Assembly: GCF_014280175.1 (NCBI RefSeq)
Contig: NZ_CP047931.1
Coordinates: 1,050,001-1,082,000, forward strand
DNA: 32,000 nt
Reading direction: 5' to 3'
Origin: Synechococcus sp. A15-28
Lineage (GTDB): Bacteria; Cyanobacteriota; Cyanobacteriia; PCC-6307; Cyanobiaceae
Made by a program: the position numbers and the translations under genes. This document shows, one piece after another, positions 17,167 to 26,562 of the stretch (position 1 is its first letter; every line of letters starts with the position of its first letter). The notes beneath the pieces are model-generated. The model was not told the DNA's origin. It searched no databases and saw only the letters and a program-made list of their open reading frames with translations.

Positions 17167-17331
17167 ATGGCTCCTGAAGATGCTTTCCAGCGCGAGGTGT
17201 TCCGCCGCGAGTTGGACGATGAATCCGATGCTTCCCGTTTGAGGGAGCTCGCGTTGGAGCTGTATGACCTCTGGCAGCGTCAACGTTCCGTCACCAATCA
17301 GTTGGTCCTGCAGGACATCCGACAATCCTGA
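17167..17331 (+). CDS. NblA-like mini-protein (54 aa), tentative
   Basis: The ATG at 17167 lies within an ORF that opens at a TTG at 17143. Size and heptad pattern (EDAFQREVFRREL...LRELALELYDLWQRQ) resemble phycobilisome degradation protein NblA. An AT-rich patch with TAATAT at 17137-17142 lies just upstream. Confidence 0.45.
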   Translation: MAPEDAFQREVFRRELDDESDASRLRELALELYDLWQRQRSVTNQLVLQDIRQS

Positions 17332-17335
17332 TCTT

Positions 17336-18352
17336 TCAGTTCTGCCCGAGGCGCTGATGTTCTGCGGCGGCAAGCTGTTGGACCAGGGCCTGGCCTCGGC
17401 TGCGGGCTTTGCCCTCCAGTTGCGCTTCGCGGATCAGCAACGGGCAACCGGAGCTGCTCACCACGAGACCGAGATCCTGGATGCAGGCCAGAACAGTGCC
17501 ACAGGGATGGCCTCCCGTGGGCCATCGACCGATGAGCTCTTGAGCCTCAACGCTTAATTGACTCCTCAGGCGCTCGATGAGGGGTTCTGTTTCACTCAGC
17601 TTCAGCCGTTTGCCATCCCAGCTGGTCTGGGCGCCTGGATACAGGCCCATGACCTGACGGTGAATGGCCAGGGCAGACCCATTCCAATCAATCAGAAAGT
17701 CCTGTTTGCTCAACATGCGGGCGTAACAGCTTTCGTCCGCCTGGGGCTGCAGGCCGAGTCGTTGCCAGCGGTCATGGATCGAGCCGGCACCCGCTGCCTC
17801 GATCAGTGGCATCGCGTCCACCATCAACTGAGCGGTCAAGCGACTGAGGCGCCCCCCCAGTTCGAAGGCATTGTCCAGCAGTCCGATCGTCAGCTTGCGC
17901 TCCAGCAACACCGGCCCGGTGTCAAGGCCTTCCTCCATCGCCATCACACCGACACCGGTCTCGGTGTCACCACTGAGGATTGACCACTGAATCGGGGCCG
18001 CCCCACGCCAGCGCGGCAACAGGGAGCCATGACCGTTCCAGCACCCCAATGCTGGTTGCTCCAGAACGTCCACCGGCAGAATCTGGCCGAAGGCGACGAC
18101 CACCGATAGATCCGCCCCAAGAGCTGCCAGTTGCTGCTGGCATTCGGCATCCTTCTTGATCCGTTCCGGTGTGAACACCGGCAAGTTGAGCTTCAGGGCT
18201 TCCTGCTTCACGGCCGAGGGCACGAGTTGTTTCCCTCGCCCCCTGCGCCGATCGGGTTGGCTGACGACTCCCACCACGGTGTGACCGGCGTTGTGCAGCT
18301 CCGTCAGGGTTGGAACGGCATAGGCCGGAGTTCCCCAGTAGAGGATCCGCAA
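17336..18352 (-). CDS. fmt: methionyl-tRNA formyltransferase
   Basis: RILYWGTPAYAVP...VVSQPDRRRGRGKQ...HGSLLPRWRGAAPIQ matches Fmt over its full length. The only start compatible with the conserved N-terminus is a TTG at 18352, 2 nt after the pmbA stop. Confidence 0.92.
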   Translation of the reverse strand: MRILYWGTPAYAVPTLTELHNAGHTVVGVVSQPDRRRGRGKQLVPSAVKQEALKLNLPVFTPERIKKDAECQQQLAALGADLSVVVAFGQILPVDVLEQPALGCWNGHGSLLPRWRGAAPIQWSILSGDTETGVGVMAMEEGLDTGPVLLERKLTIGLLDNAFELGGRLSRLTAQLMVDAMPLIEAAGAGSIHDRWQRLGLQPQADESCYARMLSKQDFLIDWNGSALAIHRQVMGLYPGAQTSWDGKRLKLSETEPLIERLRSQLSVEAQELIGRWPTGGHPCGTVLACIQDLGLVVSSSGCPLLIREAQLEGKARSRGQALVQQLAAAEHQRLGQN

Positions 18353-18354
18353 GG

Positions 18355-19719
18355 TCAGGCTTCCCCGGTTATCGAAAGGCCCTCCACCCAGACATGGGGA
18401 GACACGCCGCGGTGGGTGACTTCCTGCGTTGCTTCCAGATGCAGGATCGAGGCCAGCAGGCTGCGGACGTCACCGGCCACCGTCGCCGCCTCCACGGAGA
18501 TCTTCTCGCCACCTTTCACCAACCACCCATCGAAGGGCAGCGAGAACGAGCCTTGGGTGGCTTTAACCCCCGCGTGAAGGGCGGAGAGATCCTCGATCAG
18601 CACGAAGGTGTCCGTTTCCCGGGTGTGATCCAGATCAAGACCGCTGCTTTCTCCGGGGGTGGTGCCGACCACGAACCAATCAGGGCCGACGGACACCTTG
18701 GCGCCGAGGCCGGCATGGCCGGTTGGTTGGACACCGAAAGCTCGTGCCGTGGCCTCTGAATGCAGGAAATTGCGGAGGCAACCAGATTCGATCAACGCCA
18801 GTTTCTGGGTTGGTGTGCCCTCGCCATCGAAGGGAGAGGCGCTGATGTGATCCGTATGGAGACCATCGTCCTCAAGTGAGAGGAAGGGCACCGCCAGCGA
18901 CTGACCAAGGCTCTCGCGGGTGCTGAGACTGACCCCATCGAGAACGGCCCTTGCGCTGAACATGCTGCTGAAGGCACCGATCAGAGACAGGAAGGCCTCA
19001 GGGGTGAAGCAAACTCGGTAGGTCCCGGTCTCGATCGGTTGATACGCCAGGTGACCGACGGTTCGTTCAACCGCTTCATCGATGCATCCCTGGATGTCCA
19101 GCTCACCGCTGCCGAGGGCCATGCGGATCGCACCGGAACTGCGAGGCTTGCGGCCACTTTCCTCTGCTCGGGCGTACAGATAAAGGCTGGCCTGGGTTCG
19201 CTCCATCGTGCGGAGGGCACCATCGCTATTGAGGTAGAGATTGGTGGAGAGCGATTCGGCCAGACCGTTGTAAGGAACGGTCTGGATGGCTGGATGGCGG
19301 CTGAGCAGTTCGGCCTCCGCCGTCTTCAGGTTCTGCAGAAGCGGGAGGATGCCCTGCCGAGGCTTGAGGGGACGATCCAGATGCGGCAGAGGAACCGTTG
19401 CCAGCGGTGAAAACTGCGGCACATCATCGGGATTGCCGAAGGCACTGGCTTGCTGGGCCCCTTCCAAGGCCCTGGACAGTCCGGCGTCCGTTAGGTCCGT
19501 AGTGCTGGTGATGCCCACCAGGCCGTCACTGTTCCAGACCCGCACCGTGATTGAACTGCGCTGGGCGGCTTTCATCTGCTTGGCTTCCCCGCGGTCCACC
19601 TGGACCGAGCAGTCATCACTGCAGGCGGCCCCGAGATCCCAGTGGCGGATTCCGGCGCCGGTCGCCAATGCCTGAACGCGATCCCTTAGATTGCTGGGAA
19701 CAAGGGTGTTTGTGGTCAT
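18355..19719 (-). CDS. pmbA: PmbA/TldE-family metalloprotease subunit (non-catalytic partner of TldD)
   Basis: 454-aa TldD/PmbA-fold protein lacking an HExxxH motif. It lies directly downstream of tldD with a 2-nt gap. Confidence 0.88.
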   Translation of the reverse strand: MTTNTLVPSNLRDRVQALATGAGIRHWDLGAACSDDCSVQVDRGEAKQMKAAQRSSITVRVWNSDGLVGITSTTDLTDAGLSRALEGAQQASAFGNPDDVPQFSPLATVPLPHLDRPLKPRQGILPLLQNLKTAEAELLSRHPAIQTVPYNGLAESLSTNLYLNSDGALRTMERTQASLYLYARAEESGRKPRSSGAIRMALGSGELDIQGCIDEAVERTVGHLAYQPIETGTYRVCFTPEAFLSLIGAFSSMFSARAVLDGVSLSTRESLGQSLAVPFLSLEDDGLHTDHISASPFDGEGTPTQKLALIESGCLRNFLHSEATARAFGVQPTGHAGLGAKVSVGPDWFVVGTTPGESSGLDLDHTRETDTFVLIEDLSALHAGVKATQGSFSLPFDGWLVKGGEKISVEAATVAGDVRSLLASILHLEATQEVTHRGVSPHVWVEGLSITGEA

Positions 19720-19721
19720 GG

Positions 19722-21131
19722 TCAGCGACCTCCCACCGTGATGGAGTCCACCTTGATGTGGGGCTGGCCGACGGTGACGAAAATGTTACCGCTCACTGAG
19801 CCGCAGTAACCCGCGGCGAGGTCGAGGTCATCAGCACACATTGAAATTCGCGGCATAACCTCCTTGGCATCACCGATGAGGGTGGCTCCTTTCACCGGGC
19901 TGGTGAGATTTCCATTTTCAATCAGATAACCCTCCTCCACAGAGAAGTTGAATTGCCCGGTGGGGCCGACGCTGCCTCCACCCATCGACTTGCAGTACAG
20001 GCCACGCTCAACGGAGGCAATCAAGTCCTCCGGTTTGTGCTGACCGGCATCGATATAGGTATTTCGCATCCTGCTGGCGGCGGCGAAGGCATGGCTCTGA
20101 CGCCGACCGCTGCCCGTGCGTTGATGACCGGTGCGCAATTCTCCGGCGCGATCACTGATAAAGCGCTGGAGAATGCCGTCCTTGATCAACACGGTGCGCT
20201 GTGGCTCCATCCCTTCGTCATCCATGGACAGGGACCCAAAGGCTCCGCTGCTCAATCCTTCGTCGATGGCTGTGACGGATGGATGGGCGATCAGCTCGCC
20301 CACCCGCTCGGCGAAAGGAGTGGTGCTGCGTTCGATCTGAGTGGTTTCCAGAAGGTGACCGCAGGCTTCGTGGAAGATCACGCCTCCGAAACGGTTGGCA
20401 AGCACAACAGGCATCTGACCGGCTTCCACGTAGTCGGCGCGGAGCATTGTGCCGGCACTTTCACAGACTTCAGCTGCACTGCTTTCAGCGTTCCAGGTGA
20501 ACAGGTCGTCTGGTCGGTCTGTGCTGCCGTAACGGCGGCCCACGCTGGAACGGTGCTCACCATCAGCGGCCAGGACCGACAGCCCTGTGGACTGATGCAG
20601 ACGAATGTCACGGGCGAAGGTGCCGTCGGAAGCGGCCACCAGCACCTCCTGCCAATCCCTTGAGTAGCTGCCACGACGCACCTGAAGATGCTGCCCGAGC
20701 CGCTCAAGCTGAGATGTTCCCTCCAACAAACGGGAACTGGCGTCACGCATGGACGGGCATCGCTGAAGCCAACTGGACTTTTCGAGTCCGTAATCTTTCA
20801 GAGCACCGAGACCTTCGAAGCTGGTGTTCACCGCAAGCCCGTTGGCTTCAAGATTCAGCATGGCCAGGGCCTGATCCAAGGCCCGGGTCAGGCCGTCGGT
20901 ACTCAGGTCATTTGTGCTGACAAAACCATCCCTGCCGTTGAGAAAAACACGGATGCCGGCTCCACGGGAAAAGGTGGGATTAACGCTCGTGATTCGTTCC
21001 TGTTCCGCAAGAAGCCCGAGGTGATCAGTGTTTTCCAGGAACACTTCCACCAGATCGGCACCAGCACCGCTGCCGCGCTGCAGCAGGGCCTGAAGGGTGG
21101 AACTCCAGGCCTGAGAGAAGGATTCAGTCAA
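19722..21131 (-). CDS. tldD: TldD-family zinc metalloprotease
   Basis: 469 aa with the HExxxH motif in [12 protein letters not shown] and the C-terminal [12 protein letters not shown] pattern. Apparent TTG start at 21131, 3 nt after the acsF stop. Confidence 0.9.
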   Translation of the reverse strand: MTESFSQAWSSTLQALLQRGSGAGADLVEVFLENTDHLGLLAEQERITSVNPTFSRGAGIRVFLNGRDGFVSTNDLSTDGLTRALDQALAMLNLEANGLAVNTSFEGLGALKDYGLEKSSWLQRCPSMRDASSRLLEGTSQLERLGQHLQVRRGSYSRDWQEVLVAASDGTFARDIRLHQSTGLSVLAADGEHRSSVGRRYGSTDRPDDLFTWNAESSAAEVCESAGTMLRADYVEAGQMPVVLANRFGGVIFHEACGHLLETTQIERSTTPFAERVGELIAHPSVTAIDEGLSSGAFGSLSMDDEGMEPQRTVLIKDGILQRFISDRAGELRTGHQRTGSGRRQSHAFAAASRMRNTYIDAGQHKPEDLIASVERGLYCKSMGGGSVGPTGQFNFSVEEGYLIENGNLTSPVKGATLIGDAKEVMPRISMCADDLDLAAGYCGSVSGNIFVTVGQPHIKVDSITVGGR

Positions 21132-21134
21132 TGA

Positions 21135-22205
21135 TCAACGCACAGCGGGCTGAAACTTGTCGCTGTCAATTGGTGACATCAGGAACAACTTGGCCATCTC
21201 GGCACCATTGCTGATCCAACGCGGCAATTTACGCAGAACCTTCAAAGGAGCTGGGCTGGAGCTGCGGTCTGCAGCGTCCAGAGCTGCGTTGTTCTCCACT
21301 AGACGCTCAAGACGGGTCCAGAACTTGGGATTGTTCACATCGAGAACAACCGGGAAAACACGAGCCGTCGTCTCGTTGGTTTTCTCGATCACCATCTTGT
21401 CGTACGTCCGTGCGTCGAGTCCGAGGGCTTCGTAGAACTCCTTGCGGGCCACATCACGGACATACATGGTTGCGAAGACCGCGAGCAGGAAGAATCGACA
21501 CCACAGTTTTGCGATCGGTCCCCGCACTGTGTTCGGCTGGGACTTCATCAGCGCATCAAAGAAGTCACCGTGACGATTCTCGTCCTGACACCAATTCTCA
21601 AAGAAATTGAAGATCGGGAAAATCTTGCTCTCGGGGTTCTTCTCCAGATGGCGGTAGATGGCGATATAACGCCAGTAACCGATTTTCTCGGATAAGTAGG
21701 TGGCGTAGAAGATGAACTTCGGCTGGAAGAAGGTGTAGTCCTTGTTGGCGGTGAGGAAACCGAGGTCCAGCTGCATGCCGAAATCACTCATGGCCTTGTT
21801 GAGGAAGCCGGCATGGCGGGCCTCATCCCGTGCCATGTGAGCAAAACACTCGGCAAGCAGGGGGTTCTGCTGCTTGATGCGACGGCTCAGCTCTTTGTAG
21901 AGAAGAAAACCTGAGAACTCTGAGGTGCAGCTCTGTTCCAGGAACTCGACGAACACCCGCCGGGTTTCGGGGTCGAGCTTGTCTGCAGCGCCGTCAAAGT
22001 CGTCGTTGCGAACGAAATGATGACGGTTGTAATCCTTCCGGAACTCCTCGCAAATAGCCTCCAGTTCCGCCTCATTCGGACGCAGATCCATGGCAGCCAT
22101 GGCATCGAAATCCGTGGTGTAGAACCGCGGCGTGAGGATCGTGTCCTTAAAGGGATCCTTTGTGGCAACAGCGTTGGCCTCTGCGACGGCGGTTGGAGGG
22201 ATCAT
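21135..22205 (-). CDS. acsF: aerobic Mg-protoporphyrin IX monomethyl ester oxidative cyclase
   Basis: [17 protein letters not shown], plus di-iron motifs in [12 protein letters not shown] and [12 protein letters not shown]. The ATG at 22205 (MIPPTAV...) is preferred over the GTG at 22220. Confidence 0.95.
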   Translation of the reverse strand: MIPPTAVAEANAVATKDPFKDTILTPRFYTTDFDAMAAMDLRPNEAELEAICEEFRKDYNRHHFVRNDDFDGAADKLDPETRRVFVEFLEQSCTSEFSGFLLYKELSRRIKQQNPLLAECFAHMARDEARHAGFLNKAMSDFGMQLDLGFLTANKDYTFFQPKFIFYATYLSEKIGYWRYIAIYRHLEKNPESKIFPIFNFFENWCQDENRHGDFFDALMKSQPNTVRGPIAKLWCRFFLLAVFATMYVRDVARKEFYEALGLDARTYDKMVIEKTNETTARVFPVVLDVNNPKFWTRLERLVENNAALDAADRSSSPAPLKVLRKLPRWISNGAEMAKLFLMSPIDSDKFQPAVR

Positions 22206-22261
22206 CGACTCCGATTTCACGTCGATCCAATGTAGGGCTGCCAGTGCGGTGTCTGAGCCGA

Positions 22262-22702
22262 TCAGTTACGCCCGAGCCATTTCTGACCATTCAGCCGCTG
22301 CAGCAGACGTGACACCAGCAAGGGCAACGACATCCGCTTTTCGTCGATCAGGAATGACTCCAGCAGGGTCGGTTCACTGCCCGCATCGGCGAGGGCGACA
22401 AGCTTCGGGCTTGCAATGTCGGCCTTTCCGAAGCAGAGCCAGAAGCGACGGCCACCGGGAAGTTCTCCGATCACCATCGGACAGGAGCCTCCCACCACTG
22501 GGCGCTCGCCTTCAACCCGCTCCAGACGTTCGGCCTCGATGCCGTTGTCCTCGAGCTGCTGTTTCACCGCAGGGATGAACAGGGTGTCGATGAATTCCGG
22601 AAAAGGCTTGTCTTCCGGTTTCGGGGGTTTCGGCTTCGGCTTGGCAGCCGCTTTCGTCTCGTCGGGGGCCGCAGCGGAGGCCGAATCGGCAGTGTCGCTC
22701 AC
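22262..22702 (-). CDS. DUF2996-like cyanobacterial protein
   Basis: Lys/Pro-rich N-terminus, then [18 protein letters not shown]...[12 protein letters not shown]...ESFLIDEKR. This pattern is recalled as the DUF2996 family. GTG start at 22702. Confidence 0.65.
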   Translation of the reverse strand: MSDTADSASAAAPDETKAAAKPKPKPPKPEDKPFPEFIDTLFIPAVKQQLEDNGIEAERLERVEGERPVVGGSCPMVIGELPGGRRFWLCFGKADIASPKLVALADAGSEPTLLESFLIDEKRMSLPLLVSRLLQRLNGQKWLGRN

Positions 22703-22747
22703 CGGGTCCTGATTGCTGCGGGAACTGTAGTCAGCGTTGGCCGCATC

Positions 22748-23218
22748 TCACCAGCCCAGATCCGGATCAACGCCCCAGCCATCAGAGCTGGGCCGCTTGG
22801 TATCAGCCGTTGTCGATGGTGCGGGATCTGTTGACGGGGGGGATCCCTTGCTGGGGCGAGTTTTTTGAACAATCCTGTAAGGGACTGCCACGGTGGGGGC
22901 TGGGTCGCGCACGTCCCTCTGGGGAGGAGGTGTGACCACCTCCTCCATGTCTGGTTCGTACCTGGACCGCTCCATCGGTTGATGCCGTTGGCGTCGCAGC
23001 GGAGGGGTACCCGGCACCAGCAACAGAACTGACGCAGCACTGAGTCCTGCCCCTGTGAGACCAGCCAGGGCGGTCCAAGCACCGATGGGGAAGGATGGCG
23101 AGCGCCAGATCAGCAACTGCAGGCGTGTGTTGCCGGAGCTGTTGAGCGCGGATGCCAGCAACAGCCCAAGCAGGGGCGCCAGACATGGCACAAGCAGCCA
23201 GCGCTGAAGGGCGCTCAT
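22748..23218 (-). CDS. membrane protein with LapA/DUF1049-like two-helix N-terminus and Pro-rich tail
   Basis: Two predicted TM helices (LLVPCLAPLLGLLLASAL; IGAWTALAGLTGAGLSAASVLLLV) followed by a P/T/S-rich region. The start overlaps the ubiX stop (ATGA). Confidence 0.55.
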   Translation of the reverse strand: MSALQRWLLVPCLAPLLGLLLASALNSSGNTRLQLLIWRSPSFPIGAWTALAGLTGAGLSAASVLLLVPGTPPLRRQRHQPMERSRYEPDMEEVVTPPPQRDVRDPAPTVAVPYRIVQKTRPSKGSPPSTDPAPSTTADTKRPSSDGWGVDPDLGW

Positions 23219-23823
23219 GCGATTGGCCCAGTCCAGCGCTGAAGGGGGGCCAGATCATCCTCGAAGCCATCCAGCAGGCGTATCACGATGAAATCGACCA
23301 TCTCTTCAAGGGTTCTGGGCTGGGTGTACCAGGCGGGAATCGGTGCGGCAATGCGCGCCCCTGCCTCTGCAAGCGCGGTGAGATTGCGCAGGTGAATCAG
23401 GCTGAAGGGCATCTCGCGGGGAGCAATCAGCAGCGGCCTCCCCTCCTTGAGATGCACGTCAGCGCAGCGTTCAATCAGATCCATCGCCACACCGGCCTGA
23501 ATCCGGCCCACCGTTCCCATGCTGCATGGGACGATCAACATGGCTCTGGTTCGGAAGCTGCCGCTGGCGATGCCGACACTCTGGTCGTTCCAGCGATGGC
23601 AGAACAGTTCCCCCTCAGGGCAGTTCAAACGCTCACGCCAGAAACGGGCCTGGCGCTCTGGATTCACGGGCACCTGCAAGCCCTGTTCCGCCTGGAACAC
23701 CGCATAGGCACCTTTGCTAAGGACCAGATGCACGCTGCGGCCAGCCTGAAGCAGCAGCTGCAGTGTTCGCTCGGCCAGCGGCTGGGCAGAGGCGCCTGTG
23801 ACAGCAAGCACATAGGGGTGCAT
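23215..23823 (-). CDS. ubiX: flavin prenyltransferase UbiX (prenyl-FMN synthase)
   Basis: YVLAVTGASAQPLAERTLQ..., VPCSMGTVGRIQAGV and PREMPFSLIHLRNL are typical UbiX/Pad1 motifs. Confidence 0.9.
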   Translation of the reverse strand: MHPYVLAVTGASAQPLAERTLQLLLQAGRSVHLVLSKGAYAVFQAEQGLQVPVNPERQARFWRERLNCPEGELFCHRWNDQSVGIASGSFRTRAMLIVPCSMGTVGRIQAGVAMDLIERCADVHLKEGRPLLIAPREMPFSLIHLRNLTALAEAGARIAAPIPAWYTQPRTLEEMVDFIVIRLLDGFEDDLAPLQRWTGPIA

Positions 23824-23825
23824 GG

Positions 23826-26156
23826 TTAAACGTTGCTGAGGGTCACAGCCATCGGCTTGACCTCGCTCTCCGTTGCGTCACTGTCTGCGCTGCTGTCATC
23901 CCGGTCCGCTGCCGGTTCGGGGATGACCTCGAGATCGATCTGATTGCGCAGGACATCCACCTTGATCACCCTCACGCGCACTGGATCGCCGAGCTGGTAG
24001 ACCCGTCGATTCTTGCGACCCACGAGGCGGTTCTGGCGTGAGCGGTACTCGTACCAGTCGTCGTTGAGGGAGCTCACATGAACAAGGCCCTCCACCCGGG
24101 TCTCTCCCACCTCAACGAAGAAGCCGTAGCTCTGGACGCCGCTGACACGGCCCTCGGCGTCCTGACCCACCAGGGGTTCTGCTGACCTGGCCTGAACCAT
24201 GGCCTGCAGGTCGCGTAGGAGTTCGAGCACTTGCCGTCGCCGGCTGTTCAACCGCTGAACCAGACGGTGATTCACGATGCTGACCAGCTTCTCCTCCTGT
24301 GCGCCGGTGAACAGTGCCCAGTGCAGATTCTCCGCACAGCCACGACGTCCAAGATTGAGTCGTTCCTTCTGACGCACATTGGGTCGGTCCTTACCGTCGC
24401 TCAGGAGCATCTGAATGACTTGCTGGTTGGCCAGGTGGGCATAGCTCAATGACGCGCAGCACCAGGGAGCTGGGGCTGCCTCCGAATCGGTGGGGTTGCC
24501 GTCCTCGGTTGGCTCCTGGGGCTTGATTTCCGCCTGGAACTGCGGATGAGCCAGTGCATGACTCAGCTGCTGCTCCAGCACCCTGCGTTGATCTGACTCA
24601 GCAAACACCGTGATCAGTTCCTGAGCTGTCGGACTGCCGTCGTCATCGAGCTCGAGGGGGAGATCCAGGGCAACGGCGGTCTTCGCCACATCGGTCAGCA
24701 CCGTGGGGTCAGGTTCGCTGCTGATCCGTGAGATACCCGGAAGCTGCAGTTCGGCGCGGTGCTGTCCCCAGGCGCGATCGGCGGCCCTCAGCAGAGGTTG
24801 AAGAATGGAGTTGGGGTCGGTGCGATCGATGACATCACCCCAACGATGGGCCTGACCACTGGGATCGGCCCATCGCAGATCTCCCAGCGCCTCCATCTGT
24901 GGTGGCCGTAGATCAAGCGCCACGGATCCATCGGCTCGCTCCTTCGCCATCAGGCAGTCGGCACAGAACAACAGGGTCTCCAGCTGTCCGAGTTGATCCT
25001 TGATCGATTTCAACGCTGCCGGAATGCTGCGCGACTTGGGCTTGCGCTCAGCCAGGGCGCGGAGCTGGATGGCGCTGATGTCGGCGACCGGGCGAATCGT
25101 GCTGAGCATGAACTCCCAGTCCGCCAGGTTGCCATCGGCATCGATGTCAAGACGGACGGTGATGGCGTCGCTGGCTTCCCCCGCCTTGAAACAACAGGCC
25201 TTGGTGATGGCCGGTGTCAGAAGGGGCTGCCATTCCTCCCCCAGGCAGATGGCTTCAGCGCGTTCTCGGATCCAGAGATCGAGACTGTTGCCTTGGCCGA
25301 ACCGTTCCGCCACGGATGGCGCGTGCAGCCAAAGGCGACTGCCGCCATCCCTGGCTTCCACATGAACCGCGGGCAAGGGTGGGGCATCGCTGAGCTGCCA
25401 ACCGCTGAGAAGCAGTGACGGCTGCTCACTCAGATCGGTGCGTCCTTTGCTGGCTGGGGATTTGACGGAGCCCCGTGGTGCCGCAGGTCGCTCGTGCAGA
25501 CCGGCTTTGGTGAGCAGGAGGTTGCGATCCGCGGCTGGGCCGGCGTTGAGGGGCAGCGGCCTGGCCACATGACCCTGGGCGGGAAGCTGGGCAACCGGAT
25601 ACCGATCGATCTTGACTTCAACGACCGTTGTGGCCTCTTCGTCCGGAAGGTGCTCCTCCGCATCAGCCGGCAACTCGATGCTGGTGAGCATACGGTCGTC
25701 CAGCGGAGCCGCCACCATCCGGTCCTGCTGACGCTCAACCTGCGCCAGCAAAGACTGAGTACTGCGTTCGAGAATGCATTGAACCCCGCCTTCCGGGGAT
25801 CGTCGACGTCCGCCTTCGCGGGTAACACGCACCAGGACGCGATCACCATTCCAGGCGTGATTCAGCTGGTGATCACGGATGTAGATGTCATCGCCACCGT
25901 CATCACGGATGGCGAAACAGAACCCCTTGCTGCTGCAACGCAGCCGTGCATCGAAAAGGTCTTCACAGCGATCGCGCACGACGCCGTCATCGTCCTGCCG
26001 GCTGAGAAGCCCCAGCTTGCTCAAGCCATCGAGGGCGAGATCCAGACGCTCCCTATCAGCTTTATTTGTCAGCTTCAGGATTTTGGCCAGCGTGGACTTT
26101 GGAACCGGCTGGTCGTAGGAAAGCTGATCCAGCAGGTCAGCGACCGAGAACTTCAT
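23826..26156 (-). CDS. RNase II/R (RNB) family protein with cold-shock-like and C-terminal S1 domains; catalytic motifs appear degenerate
   Basis: CSD-like SKGFCFAIRDDGGDDIYIRDHQLNHAWNGDRVLVRV. The RNB core aligns to RNase R (GGSRLWLHAPSVAERF..., EEWQPLLTP). S1 domain RVSGVQSYGFFVEVGETRVEGLVHVSSL. The D-x-DD and RRY catalytic motifs are not present (see findings). Confidence 0.85.
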   Translation of the reverse strand: MKFSVADLLDQLSYDQPVPKSTLAKILKLTNKADRERLDLALDGLSKLGLLSRQDDDGVVRDRCEDLFDARLRCSSKGFCFAIRDDGGDDIYIRDHQLNHAWNGDRVLVRVTREGGRRRSPEGGVQCILERSTQSLLAQVERQQDRMVAAPLDDRMLTSIELPADAEEHLPDEEATTVVEVKIDRYPVAQLPAQGHVARPLPLNAGPAADRNLLLTKAGLHERPAAPRGSVKSPASKGRTDLSEQPSLLLSGWQLSDAPPLPAVHVEARDGGSRLWLHAPSVAERFGQGNSLDLWIRERAEAICLGEEWQPLLTPAITKACCFKAGEASDAITVRLDIDADGNLADWEFMLSTIRPVADISAIQLRALAERKPKSRSIPAALKSIKDQLGQLETLLFCADCLMAKERADGSVALDLRPPQMEALGDLRWADPSGQAHRWGDVIDRTDPNSILQPLLRAADRAWGQHRAELQLPGISRISSEPDPTVLTDVAKTAVALDLPLELDDDGSPTAQELITVFAESDQRRVLEQQLSHALAHPQFQAEIKPQEPTEDGNPTDSEAAPAPWCCASLSYAHLANQQVIQMLLSDGKDRPNVRQKERLNLGRRGCAENLHWALFTGAQEEKLVSIVNHRLVQRLNSRRRQVLELLRDLQAMVQARSAEPLVGQDAEGRVSGVQSYGFFVEVGETRVEGLVHVSSLNDDWYEYRSRQNRLVGRKNRRVYQLGDPVRVRVIKVDVLRNQIDLEVIPEPAADRDDSSADSDATESEVKPMAVTLSNV

Positions 26157-26250
26157 GGTGGGGGTATCAAATCCGGCCTACATGACCGGGAGATGTTCAG
26201 AGCGGCCAAAGGGGTGACCGGCCGTGCAGAGAGCTCAGAACAGATTCACT

Positions 26251-26559
26251 TTATGAGTCGACCTGGTTGTCCTCGGCACTCTCATCGCTTCTACTGCGCC
26301 TCAACAGCTGGGATCCGATGATCAGGAAACCCACTGCGGCTGCAAGTTGAAGCCATTCGGTCGGGATCAGGTTGGCGATCGACCCACCGGCCATCGCCCC
26401 CAACAGGCTGGCCAGAACGAGGGCTGAGGATGATCCGACAAACACCGCCCAAGGCCTGTCGGAGGTTCCGCTCAGCGCCACTGTCGCCAATTGGGTCTTG
26501 TCCCCCAGTTCCGCCAGGAACACGGTGAGAAAGGTCGAGATCAGAAGCGAGAGATCCAT
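26251..26559 (-). CDS. UPF0016 (GDT1/TMEM165/Mnx) family half-transporter, copy 2
   Basis: 102 aa with three hydrophobic segments and the family signature AELGDKTQLAT. Confidence 0.85.
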   Translation of the reverse strand: MDLSLLISTFLTVFLAELGDKTQLATVALSGTSDRPWAVFVGSSSALVLASLLGAMAGGSIANLIPTEWLQLAAAVGFLIIGSQLLRRSRSDESAEDNQVDS

Positions 26560-26562
26560 GGT

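Noticed and set aside
25968-25975. HIP1 palindrome GCGATCGC as a sign of a HIP1-rich genome
   Set aside because: I saw only one perfect copy plus a few partial matches across 32 kb. That is not an enrichment and carries no functional implication.
26157-26250. tRNA-like T-loop string (GGTATCAAATCCGG) and short CGGCC/GGCCG hairpin in the RNB/UPF0016 spacer
   Set aside because: The flanking bases do not form a T-stem, acceptor stem or anticodon arm. The hairpin has a 5-bp stem with a 13-nt loop, too weak to call.
25494-26321. 275-aa plus-strand ORF; 28273-29319 holds a similar 348-aa ORF
   Set aside because: They are antisense to the RNB-family gene and to recJ respectively. Both are high-GC antisense artefacts.
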